This document shows positions 47,749-57,011 of a stretch of 64,000 nt of DNA, one piece after another. A program made the position numbers and the translations under genes. The notes under the pieces are model-generated. The model was given only the letters and a program-made list of their open reading frames with translations, was not told the origin of the DNA and searched no databases. Within the stretch, counting starts at the first letter, position 1, and the number at the start of each line of letters is the position of its first letter. The stretch comes from an uncultured Gemmataceae bacterium (lineage in GTDB: Bacteria > Planctomycetota > Planctomycetia > Gemmatales > Gemmataceae), in assembly GCA_963750165.1 (NCBI GenBank), contig CAVVPN010000001.1, positions 384,001 to 448,000 on the forward strand, given 5' to 3'.

Positions 47749-50031
47749 ATGGCAAACACGAATCGCGCAACCCTGAGTCGGGACCAGGCTCGTAAGAGCT
47801 ACTGCATCAAGTTTCGTCACCCGCGCCGCTTCACGGGCGATGGCAAGCCGGGCCTTGCAGTCCGGCGTGGCCTCGGCACCGACAACGAGGCCGAGGCCCA
47901 GCACCTCGTGGGCCAGATGAATCAGATCTTGGCGGACGAGTCCCTGTGGACGCCAACCGCCCGCGACGCGGCAAGCAAGCGTTTCCATCCGCGGATCGTC
48001 GAGGCATTCTATGACGGCCTCGGAGCTACTGCGCTCGACCCCCTCCAGGCTCGCGATCACGCTCTCCGGCTCCCTGGACTTGACGAAGGTTACAAGCGGA
48101 TGCTTCTCCTCGGTCCGAACGGGGCGGGCAAGACTACGCTCCTCCGCCAAATCCTCGGCACCAACCCTGAGACCGAACGCTTCCCCGCGACCTCGGCCAA
48201 CCGCACGACGACAGCGAAGGTCGAAGTGATCCTCGCTCCGGGCAAATACCAGGCCGTCGCCACGTTCCTCCAGCGAGACGAGGTTCGGCAGTACGTCGAG
48301 GAATGCGTCATTGAGGCCGCCCTTTCCCATCTCAGTGACGGCAGCCCCGACGAGGTGGCCCGTCGCTTGCTCGAACACCGCGACCAGAGGTTCCGCCTCA
48401 GCCACATCCTGGGGACGCTCCCGACCAAAACCTCGAAGTTCGTGAAGAGCTTCGATACTCCTGATGGGGACCGCACCCGACGCAAGGAAGCAGCTGCGGA
48501 GGAAGCCGACCCGCTCACCGAGGACGAACGCGAGGCGATGCGGAAAACTCTCCGGCGGTACATCGAGCGCATTCAGGCGATGACCGACGAGTGGCGAATG
48601 CGCACCAAGGAGACTGACGAAGAAATCGAGTCCGAAGAGATCAAGCAGCGGTTCGAGGAGCAACTTCCCAGCGAGACAGATTTCTCGCCGCTGATCGACG
48701 ACATCTGCGACGAGATCGCCCGGCGGTTTTCGCAGGTTTCGGGCGGCCAGACGGAATTCGACAAGGGCAAGTGGCCGACGCTCTGGCAGTTCTCGACCAG
48801 CGAGCGTGATGAGTTCATGAAGGTCATCAACCTGTTCACAGGGAACCACGAACGGCATTTTGGCCGCCTGCTGACTCCGCTCGTCGAGGGAATTCGTGTC
48901 GCCGGCCCGTTCCGTCCGCACTGGCGAGAAGGAAACGAAGTACCCCGCCTCGTCCTGATCGACGGCGAGGGGCTCGGCCACAAGGTCGAAGCGATCGCCA
49001 GCGTGCCCACGTCGGTTTCCCGGCGGTTTCGGGATGTCGATGTCATCCTGCTGGTCGATTCCGCCCGGCAGCCAATGCAGGCCGCTCCTTCCGTTGCCGT
49101 GAAGACCATCGCCGCTGCTGGCTACGAATCCAAACTGATGCTCTGCTTCACCCACCTCGATCTGGTTGAGGGGGACAACCTGCCTGACGATCAGGCGAAG
49201 ATGAACCACGTCCTCTACGCCCTAACGAACCTTCTCGACAAGGTGGGGCAGGACATCGACCGGGTCACGGAGGATGCGCTCGAACGGGTGCTGGAAGGCC
49301 GGGTCTTCTTTGCGGCTCACCTCAACAAGAAGGAGCTTCCCGACGAGGACGCCGTCACCCGGACCCACCTGAACAACATGCTGGACGCCATCGAAGCGAT
49401 CGAACAGCCCGACCCGACCGACGTTGAGCTTTTCTACGATGAGTTCAAGCTCCCTTTGGGACTTCGCGCGGCCCTGACGAGCTTCCACCAGACGTGGCGG
49501 GCGATTCTGGGTCTTGAGACCCAGCCGAACATTCCGAAGGAGCATTGGGCGCGGATCAAGGCTCTCACGCGGTATGTTGGCTTCCTCGGCAAGGATGAGT
49601 ATCAGCATCTGGAGCCTGCCGCCGATCTCGTGAAACGCCTGATCCAGCATTTAAGTCGTTACCTCGACCGACCTCTGCGCTGGGATCCGCCGAGTGCCGA
49701 CGAGCAGGTCAAACTGGCGGCCATCGCGCGGGTCAAGAACTTGGTACACACTGGGCTCCTCGACCTGGCCCGTGACTTGCTGATCGTCCAGCGGTCCACC
49801 GACTGGCAGGCCGCCTATGGCCTTTCCGGCACAGGCTCCACGGTCAAGCGTGCCCACGCGATTCGGTCCTTCTTCGAGGCATCCGCGCCGGTTCCTGATA
49901 ATCTCGACGGCATCGACGGTAAGGATTTCTCGCACATGATCAAGGACCTAGTCGGCGAGGCGGTCAAGGAAGTTGGTGGCCGTGTCGTCCAGTCACTGGA
50001 GGACGAGGAGAAGATGGCGGGCTCCTTGTAA
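47749..50031 (+). CDS. Large dynamin-like P-loop GTPase (760 aa)
   Basis: G1 GPNGAGKT, G2-like RTT, long insert, G3 DGEG, G4-like THLD, helical C-terminus. Confidence 0.75.
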   Translation: MANTNRATLSRDQARKSYCIKFRHPRRFTGDGKPGLAVRRGLGTDNEAEAQHLVGQMNQILADESLWTPTARDAASKRFHPRIVEAFYDGLGATALDPLQARDHALRLPGLDEGYKRMLLLGPNGAGKTTLLRQILGTNPETERFPATSANRTTTAKVEVILAPGKYQAVATFLQRDEVRQYVEECVIEAALSHLSDGSPDEVARRLLEHRDQRFRLSHILGTLPTKTSKFVKSFDTPDGDRTRRKEAAAEEADPLTEDEREAMRKTLRRYIERIQAMTDEWRMRTKETDEEIESEEIKQRFEEQLPSETDFSPLIDDICDEIARRFSQVSGGQTEFDKGKWPTLWQFSTSERDEFMKVINLFTGNHERHFGRLLTPLVEGIRVAGPFRPHWREGNEVPRLVLIDGEGLGHKVEAIASVPTSVSRRFRDVDVILLVDSARQPMQAAPSVAVKTIAAAGYESKLMLCFTHLDLVEGDNLPDDQAKMNHVLYALTNLLDKVGQDIDRVTEDALERVLEGRVFFAAHLNKKELPDEDAVTRTHLNNMLDAIEAIEQPDPTDVELFYDEFKLPLGLRAALTSFHQTWRAILGLETQPNIPKEHWARIKALTRYVGFLGKDEYQHLEPAADLVKRLIQHLSRYLDRPLRWDPPSADEQVKLAAIARVKNLVHTGLLDLARDLLIVQRSTDWQAAYGLSGTGSTVKRAHAIRSFFEASAPVPDNLDGIDGKDFSHMIKDLVGEAVKEVGGRVVQSLEDEEKMAGSL

Positions 50032-50140
50032 AAAGCAGGGGGGCGTTTGTCTTCGGCCGCTGAGGGCTGACTCGAAGGTAAACAGCAAATCCGCATGCCC
50101 CAGCCAGCAATGGCTGGGGCCTATCCGTTTCGATGGGTTA

Positions 50141-51289
50141 TTACCACGGCACGAAATAAGATCAAATCAATTCTACCGGGGCAGCGTACCGAGTCCACGG
50201 ATGTAGAAAGTAACTTATCACATGATCCGGCACCCGAACCAAGCGTTTCATGAAGTCCAACAACCGGCCCTGCAACGTCGGCCGGTCGGGCGGCAGGCCC
50301 GCCTCGTTCACCGTACCCTTCATGTCGTTGTTCAAATACTCCACTGGGTTCAACTCCGGCGAATACGCCGGCAGATAAAACACCTCGATCTGGTCCCGGT
50401 GCGCCTCCACCCAGGCCTGTACCGCCGGCGTCTTGTGGGCTTGCAGCCGATCCGCGATCAGCAGCATCTTCCGCGTCGCCCCTGCGATCAGCTTGGTCAA
50501 GAACATCAGGAACACCGCCGCGTCGAGCGCGCCCTGGTAAGTCATGAACCGTACCGTCCCCTCGTTGCTGATGGCCGAAATCTGGTTGACCCGGAGGTGG
50601 GGCTTAGGCACCTCCATCGTCGCGCGTGCTCCGAGGCGGGCGTAGCCGTAACCGGGGTGGTGATCGGCCGCCACGCCGACCTCATCGGTCCACAGAATTT
50701 CCGCCTGCTCGCGCTCAGCCTGGGCTTCGATGGCGGGGTAGGTTTCCAGCAACCACTCCTCGACCGCGTCGGGATCCTGCTGCCGCGCGTGCCGGCTCGG
50801 TTTCTTGGAGGTGTAACCCCAGCGGCGCAAGTACGCGCCGACGGTGCGCTCGGCCAGGTCGATGCCGAACTCCTGGCGGATCAGGTCGCGCACGGCGCGG
50901 CGCGTCCACAAGGCGTGCGGGATGCCCACTTCCTCCGGGGAGTGCAGGTCGATGCACGCCCGGATGCGCTCGGCCTGCGGGTCGGACAAGTAGCGCCCGG
51001 AACCGAGCGGCCGGCCGCTGCGACCGCCGGGCAGGGCAGACAGGCCGTCGGCGACGTAGGCCGTCCACCAGCGACTGATGGTTTCGTGGCAGACGCCCAG
51101 GAGTTCGGCGAGATCCAACTCGGAGTAGCCCAACTCGATCCCCCGTAAGGCGCGCAGACGCAGCACCTGGAGGGCTTCATCCGACAACTGGCGGGCGTCA
51201 GGTAACTGGATGGACATGAGCAGTCTCCGTCTCGGAGTGTCGCGGTTATTCTCCCAACGGACTTTTGAGCAACTTTCATGCCGTGGTAA
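50141..51289 (-). mobile_element. IS630-family element; transposase 50162..51217
   Basis: TIRs TTACCACGGCACGAAA / TTTCATGCCGTGGTAA, TA duplication, WTDE, IADR and LPAYSPELNPVE. Confidence 0.95.
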
Positions 51290-51566
51290 TATCTTGAAAC
51301 GATTGGACCGTTTGGAGGCCATGCTCGTCACCCTCGTCGAGCGCCAGACGGTGCGGGAGTGGTATACGACTGAACAGTTCGCTCAACTCGTGGGCAAAGC
51401 CGAGTTCACGGTCAGGGAGTGGTGCCGGCACGGCCGCATCTCCGCGGAGAAGCGGAACTCGGGCCGGGGGGCCCATCCGACCTGGGTGATTTCCCACGGG
51501 GAATACCTCCGCTGGCAGAGGGAGGGTTTACTGCCCGCCACTGGACGAGGAATGGCTTCTGTGTGA
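51290..51566 (+). pseudogene. Excisionase-like HTH gene, 5' end disrupted by IS630
   Basis: WYTTEQFAQLVGKAEFTVREWCRHGRI; removing the IS joins it in frame to ATG 50110. Confidence 0.7.
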
Positions 51567-51604
51567 TCATCGTCGCAACACAACCACCCCTCGTCCAGTG
51601 ACGG

Positions 51605-52921
51605 TCAGGCAAACACCCCCATCATCGCCTGGTGCTTCACGTCCGGGTACAAATGGCGGTAGCGCCGCCGCTGCTCCTCGGTGCAGTGGCCCACCAGTTC
51701 GTCAATGATGCGCTGGTCCACGCCCTTGCTCGCCAGCGCCGAGATGAACGAATGCCGGAAGACGTGCCAGCCCTTGAGCACGCTCCACTGGGAGAGCCTG
51801 AGTCCCCGCTGGAAGTAATTGTGTGCTTCCCGCGGCAAGATCTCCTTGCCGTCATCCTTGCAGAAGAGCGTTTTGCCCCTGGCCCGGACCGACAGCCAGG
51901 CCGCGAGCACTTCCTTGAGAAACGGCGTCACCGGTACCCGGCGAGTCGTTAGCTTGCGCTTGTCACGCTTCTTCTCGCGAATCGTCACCACGTCGGCAGC
52001 CAGGTCCACGTCGGAGGGCAGCGCCCGCACGACCTCCGACCGCCTGGCGCCGGTGTAAGCGGCGAAGACGAACATCGGGTACACCCAGGGACTGACCGGC
52101 CGGGCCTTCACCCACTCCAGCAACCGACTGACCTCCTCGGGCCGCAGGTATACCGAATCCCAGACCGTCTCCGGCTCGTCGCCAGCGGCGATGCGCCGCT
52201 CGGCCTCCTCCCAGGTCATGAAGGGCAGGCTTTCTTCGACCTTGGCGTAGTCAAGCCCGCCGCCGGGAAACTCCTCGGCCAGGTTCAGCTGTCGCCGGGC
52301 CCAGTTCCAGGCCGTGCGCAGCGAGATGATCTCCTTCTTAATCGTGGCCGACGACGGGTGGCGTTTCGGCCGTTCGGGTGCCTCGACCGGCTTGGGCGGC
52401 GCGTTCTTGCGGACGTATTTCCGTTTCGGCTTGGCCAGAGCCGCCTTCTCCCGCCGTTTGCGGCGGTACGCCTCGGGGTCGATCCACTCCCCGGCGCGCT
52501 TGTCCACGTAGCGCTGCAGGTCGGGCCGGCTCACCAACGGGATGACGCTACCGGCGCCGAGGATGCGCTCCAGGTGGTCGAAATGTAGCCGAATGCCATC
52601 GAGCGTCGTCTGCTCCAGCTTCTTCTCCTGCGACTTGAAATACGCCACCCGCAGTTCGGCGAGCGTCAACTCTTTCCGCTCGGCCGCGACGGCTGCCATC
52701 TGCTCCGGCGGCTTGCCGCGGTGGAACATGAAGTCCTCGATCGGGCAGCCGGCAGGGATGTCGAGCAAATTCCGCTTGAGCAGGCGCAGCAATTCCTCAG
52801 TCGAAACTTTGTAGACCGCCGCATCAGCGGCGCTCACCTCGCCGACGGAGAAGGCCCGCTTCTCATTCTTCCAGTAGAAAAGCACCCGCCAGCTGCCGTT
52901 TCGATTTTCGATCGAGGCCAT
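51605..52921 (-). CDS. Tyrosine recombinase/integrase, apparently intact
   Basis: TGARRSE, HVFRHSF, VGH and RYRH residues (R, HxxR, H, Y). Confidence 0.93.
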   Translation of the reverse strand: MASIENRNGSWRVLFYWKNEKRAFSVGEVSAADAAVYKVSTEELLRLLKRNLLDIPAGCPIEDFMFHRGKPPEQMAAVAAERKELTLAELRVAYFKSQEKKLEQTTLDGIRLHFDHLERILGAGSVIPLVSRPDLQRYVDKRAGEWIDPEAYRRKRREKAALAKPKRKYVRKNAPPKPVEAPERPKRHPSSATIKKEIISLRTAWNWARRQLNLAEEFPGGGLDYAKVEESLPFMTWEEAERRIAAGDEPETVWDSVYLRPEEVSRLLEWVKARPVSPWVYPMFVFAAYTGARRSEVVRALPSDVDLAADVVTIREKKRDKRKLTTRRVPVTPFLKEVLAAWLSVRARGKTLFCKDDGKEILPREAHNYFQRGLRLSQWSVLKGWHVFRHSFISALASKGVDQRIIDELVGHCTEEQRRRYRHLYPDVKHQAMMGVFA

Positions 52922-53384
52922 GCCGCACCTGGGTCTTGGGGATAATTTGGGGATAATGTTGGTCAACGCGACCGCTATACGATTCTATCGTATTGAACGC
53001 TGCAAACGGCGCAAAGTTCTGAAAAAATTGGAATTGCGATGCGAATGCAACGCTGCTGAAATGCTGCAAAAGTCGTCGAGCCCTGGACTGTCGATGAGGT
53101 GGGGCTTTCTTAAGACCGTCCCGATAAGACTCTTAAAATAAAAGACTTATGGCCGCGTTATGCCGACTAAAGCAAATGGCGTGCCAGCGATCCAAGCCAA
53201 AGGGCAGAGCACCGGATAATTTGCCTGGTAGCGTCAGTAATTCTCAGCCCATCACAGACCTCGTTGACTCATGCTGCGGCGGCGTGTCGGACCTCCGCGC
53301 GCTGGGCCCTTCGGCTTGCGCGCGCAGGTGGTTGGGACCGAAGCAGGTTAGTGGTTGCAGATACAGATAGGCATAATGTGGCTT

Positions 53385-53519
53385 GGCGGTGCGGCGGCCG
53401 CGCGCGAGGAGTGCCCCGAGGAGCAACCGGGCGAAGCGGGCGGCGCAGCGCGGGTCGAGCAGAGCCGCCAGGCGGAGAAACCAGTGGCCAAGCGGGGGTG
53501 TTGGTTGCGAGGATGTCAT
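53385..53519 (-). pseudogene. IS701-like transposase N-terminal fragment
   Basis: LDPRCAARFARLLLGALLARGRRT resembles the start of planctomycete IS701-type transposases. Confidence 0.55.
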
Positions 53520-53797
53520 GGGCCGGTCCCTTTGCGTCACGACGACAGTGTGGTAACCGTCATCGTGGCCGGGGGGCCGGCCTTTGGCCACTCGCTACCG
53601 GACAACCCTCAACACATAAGGACTTCACGGAAAGTACAGAGATAGATCAAAGGTGTAAAAACACCTGAAAAAACGGCCCACGTTCTCCGCGTCTTCTTTG
53701 TTCGCCCCGGGTGAGCAATCACCCGGGGCGACCCGGTCTGATTTCTGAACCAACACAACGCGGCAGCAGCCACTCCAAAGCCGGGCGGCGTTTACAC

Positions 53798-54517
53798 CTA
53801 GCCCAAGTCGTAGACAATGCCAGCGTTGCGGAATCTTGGCGTGTGCAACAGGGCTTGCACGGCATAAGGCGCCGGTTCCGTCAACAGGGGAATGTTGCCG
53901 TCATCTGCCAGCACCTGCTCGCGCAACGTCCCGGTCAGTCCCGCGACCTCATTGGTGTGGACGGAGACGGCGAAGAACGCATCCTCCGTCGCACTCAAGG
54001 GACCGAACTGATGGTAAATCGTGCCGTTGAAGCGCAACTGAAAGAGCCGGTCGGGCGCGAGCCGCACTACATGGAGTTCGCGGAAGAACGCATAGGGGTC
54101 CTCGCGGGCTTGCTGCGGACTGCACAGGCTGAATTTGAGTTGGCAACCCTTGCCGCCGGTGATGCCCGCAATCACCCGATGACCGGCGTGGCGATGGAAG
54201 ACCAATTCGCGTTTGCCTACGCCGAACGTGTACACTGCGGTGGCATCCTGCCGGGCAAAGTCGGTCGGCCCAATGCGGGCGCTGGGTTCGTGGAACTCCT
54301 CGACAAACTCGGGATGCCGGCGCTGTTGTTCTAGGGCATTCGCTAAGAGATATTGGCCCGACCCGGAGGGCAGCCGGCCAAGCACGTTCACTTCAATCGG
54401 CACCGAGTCTTGGCCGGTTGCAATCCGCAGGGCGTTTTGCTGGAAATGTTCGACGCCCTTGGCGCGAACGGGGAGGGAGTCGGCATTCGCCAACCATTTG
54501 CTGTCCTCATAAATCAT
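53798..54517 (-). CDS. Hypothetical protein, possibly cupin-like and metal-binding
   Basis: FHRHAGHR, YHQF and SVHTNE His motifs. Confidence 0.6.
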   Translation of the reverse strand: MIYEDSKWLANADSLPVRAKGVEHFQQNALRIATGQDSVPIEVNVLGRLPSGSGQYLLANALEQQRRHPEFVEEFHEPSARIGPTDFARQDATAVYTFGVGKRELVFHRHAGHRVIAGITGGKGCQLKFSLCSPQQAREDPYAFFRELHVVRLAPDRLFQLRFNGTIYHQFGPLSATEDAFFAVSVHTNEVAGLTGTLREQVLADDGNIPLLTEPAPYAVQALLHTPRFRNAGIVYDLG

Positions 54518-54831
54518 GATATTCCTCTCTTCAGATTTTCACTTGGGTGAAGGCGTTCGCGCCAAGTGCGACGCTGGAAAGTTAGACGGCAACTATTGCG
54601 GTCCCAGTCACTTTCGGCGACGCTTCGTCTCACCTACTGATGGATGTCATGGCGCCGTTTGTGACAGCAATACAGCGAAAAATGGGCCATGCAGAGGTTT
54701 TTCTGATTTCTCTACATGGCCCAGATTTCCGATTTTGGTGTCAGTTTTGAAATATCCGAGCGGGTGTCAGAAACCCCAAACCGACATCAATGAATCAACA
54801 CGCCCCGAATTTCTGTTTCGTTGAGCTTTCA

Positions 54832-55569
54832 TCAATCCACGGGGACTTTCACTTGCCAAGTCAGGCCGGTGTTCGTATCTCGGATAACGAGTGTTGCCGT
54901 TCCCGTGCCGCGATTGCTTGGACTGGTGTTCGCCAACTCGCTGTTCAGAGCGCCGACGGGGTCATTATTGGTATCTGACGCTGAGAGGGATTGGCCATTA
55001 ATGCTAAGGATCGTGTCGCCTGGTTCCAGGCCTAATGATTCTGCTTGGGAGCCTTGCGGCACCGATTGGACAGCCACACCATCATCACTCGGAGCAAATC
55101 CACCACCCAAGGGCGAAAATGCTGGTTTCACCGTGTTGGGGCGAACTCCCTTCGGCTGAACCACATTTGGACGCACCTTGTTCGGCTGAACCGGTTGCGG
55201 CTTGACCCCGTTCGGGCGGACCCCATTCGGCCTCACCGTGTTTGGGCGAACCCCATTCGGCCGCACCGCCTGCGGCCGCACCGCCTGCGGCCGCACCGCC
55301 TGCGGCCGCACCGCCTGCGGCCGCACCGCCTGCGGCCGCACCGCCTGCGGCCGCACCGCCTGCGGCCGCACCGCCTGCGGCCGCACCGCCTGCGGCCGCA
55401 CCGCCTGCGGCCGCACCGCCTGCGGCCGCACCGTCGCCGGCCGCACCGAAGTCGTCCGAACTCCGTGCTGGGCCGCTTCCGTCTCCAGGGAAGTCAACAA
55501 GCTACCCCCGCCGAGGAGGAAACAAAAAATCGCGTCCTTCCAAAAACCGCTAAATTTGATGGACAACAT
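54832..55569 (-). CDS. Secreted protein with pentapeptide tandem repeats and a C-terminal PDZ-like domain
   Basis: Signal peptide, (QAVRP)11, GVAVQSV..GSQAESLGLEPGDTILSING. Confidence 0.8.
   Translation of the reverse strand: MLSIKFSGFWKDAIFCFLLGGGSLLTSLETEAAQHGVRTTSVRPATVRPQAVRPQAVRPQAVRPQAVRPQAVRPQAVRPQAVRPQAVRPQAVRPQAVRPQAVRPNGVRPNTVRPNGVRPNGVKPQPVQPNKVRPNVVQPKGVRPNTVKPAFSPLGGGFAPSDDGVAVQSVPQGSQAESLGLEPGDTILSINGQSLSASDTNNDPVGALNSELANTSPSNRGTGTATLVIRDTNTGLTWQVKVPVD
55261..55425. repeat. 15-bp perfect tandem repeat x11 (coding VNTR)
   Basis: CCGCACCGCCTGCGG repeated 11 times with degenerate units on both sides. Confidence 0.95.
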
Positions 55570-55858
55570 AATGTTTTTCCTTTTCGACAGTTGAGCAAGT
55601 AAAGGCAATGAGACTGCCGCCTCTCACTACCTCCTGCAAGGCTAATGTTTGTTGTGTTGTTTGTCCCACACCTCGCGGTTGCATCAGCGAAACGCCAGCG
55701 TTCAGGTGCCCGGACGTCAGGGTCGTGGGCACGGCCCACGCCTCCAGTTGCCCCAGCGCCGGTTGACACCCCCGTTAACCGGCCCCCGGTGGGTGGTACA
55801 ATCCTGCGCCTACCAACAGGAGCCGGGAGGTAAATCCCGGCCCCGCGCTGGGGTCGCC

Positions 55859-56383
55859 TTACTGGTCCTCGTCCACCGGCGTGCTACCGGTGTCCACGTC
55901 ACCCTGGGGGAACCAGAAGATCACCCAGACGTTCAGGTTGTCGTTTCGGTACGCGAACCCGAACATGATGCCGCCGAGCTGTGGCTCCGCGGCGACGGGC
56001 TCGGCCATCGCGACCTGGACCGGGTGGTCGTCGAGATCGACTGTCACTGGGTGGCCGGGGCGGTGGAACTCGAAGGAGTCCGCCTTCTTCTTGCCTTTGG
56101 CCCCCTTGCGGAGGACCTTGGTGGACACGGCCTTACCCTTCGGATGGTCCACGTGCAGGCGGCCGCTGATCTTCTTGTTCTTCACATGCACGTGGGCCCG
56201 GTGCCCGGAGCTGTGTGAATGCAGCAGGTGCCGGCCGTTGCCCTTGCTGGCCAGGTTGATCAGGTTGGGACCGTGGTGGCTGTGAGCGCCGCCCTGCACC
56301 GCCTTCGAGCCGTCGGCCGGGCTCAACGCCAGCACCAGGCTCAACGCCACCGTACTACCGATCCCAAAAATCGCCTTCGTCAT
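55859..56383 (-). CDS. Secreted His/Lys-rich hypothetical protein
   Basis: Signal peptide MTKAIFGIG..LALSPA; GGAG upstream. Confidence 0.65.
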   Translation of the reverse strand: MTKAIFGIGSTVALSLVLALSPADGSKAVQGGAHSHHGPNLINLASKGNGRHLLHSHSSGHRAHVHVKNKKISGRLHVDHPKGKAVSTKVLRKGAKGKKKADSFEFHRPGHPVTVDLDDHPVQVAMAEPVAAEPQLGGIMFGFAYRNDNLNVWVIFWFPQGDVDTGSTPVDEDQ

Positions 56384-56529
56384 GAGAAACTCCTCGTCGG
56401 CAGAAAAGTTGAAAGCCCGCGCCGCTCGTCTGCCTGCCGGGCGGGGGCCTTTCTCCCCACACTCAAAAGGACGCACTGGTAAAAATTTGTTACAGGAAAA
56501 AATCGTGACAGTGCCGCCGTTGCCCAAGC

Positions 56530-56850
56530 TCACCCTCCTTTGTCGATCACTTGTTGGTCGGGTTCACTGGCCGTCTTCTTGGGCTGTAGGGGTGCGGGGT
56601 CGCCCTGACAGATGAAGGCGCCGAAGAAAAACGGCGACTCAAACGATCGGTGGTCGTCGGGTTTCGTCGCCAACCCCTGAAGACCACGACGAATGTTCGT
56701 GCGCCAGACGCGAGGTGTTCGATCCTGGAGGGGGTGAGCCACTCCCGTTTCAATGGGTCGATGATGGCGTCGCCGGTGCTGCGCTGGGCATTGCTGAGGG
56801 CGAAATCACGGTCCATCCTGTTGGTCAGAGATTATCGAAGAAGTGGTTCA
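56530..56850 (-). pseudogene. Degenerate copy of the CHAT C-terminus at 59790..60100
   Basis: MDRDFALSNAQR..WLTPSRIE.LASG and DDHRSFESPFFFGAFICQGDP mirror the more intact copy. Confidence 0.8.
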
Positions 56851-57011
56851 TCAGACAATCAAGCGGCAGGCCAATTGCTGTTCTTTGCCCAACAAGTTCG
56901 GCGGTTCGTCGAACGGGCCCAACTGGTTCGCCAATCAGCGGAAAAAACTCGACCGTCTGCCCATTGCGCAGACTTACCTTGGTTCTGAACTGCAAACGCA
57001 ACAGAAAATGC

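Noticed and set aside
55261..55425. Tandem repeat as a CRISPR array
   Set aside because: No spacers; it is an in-frame coding VNTR.
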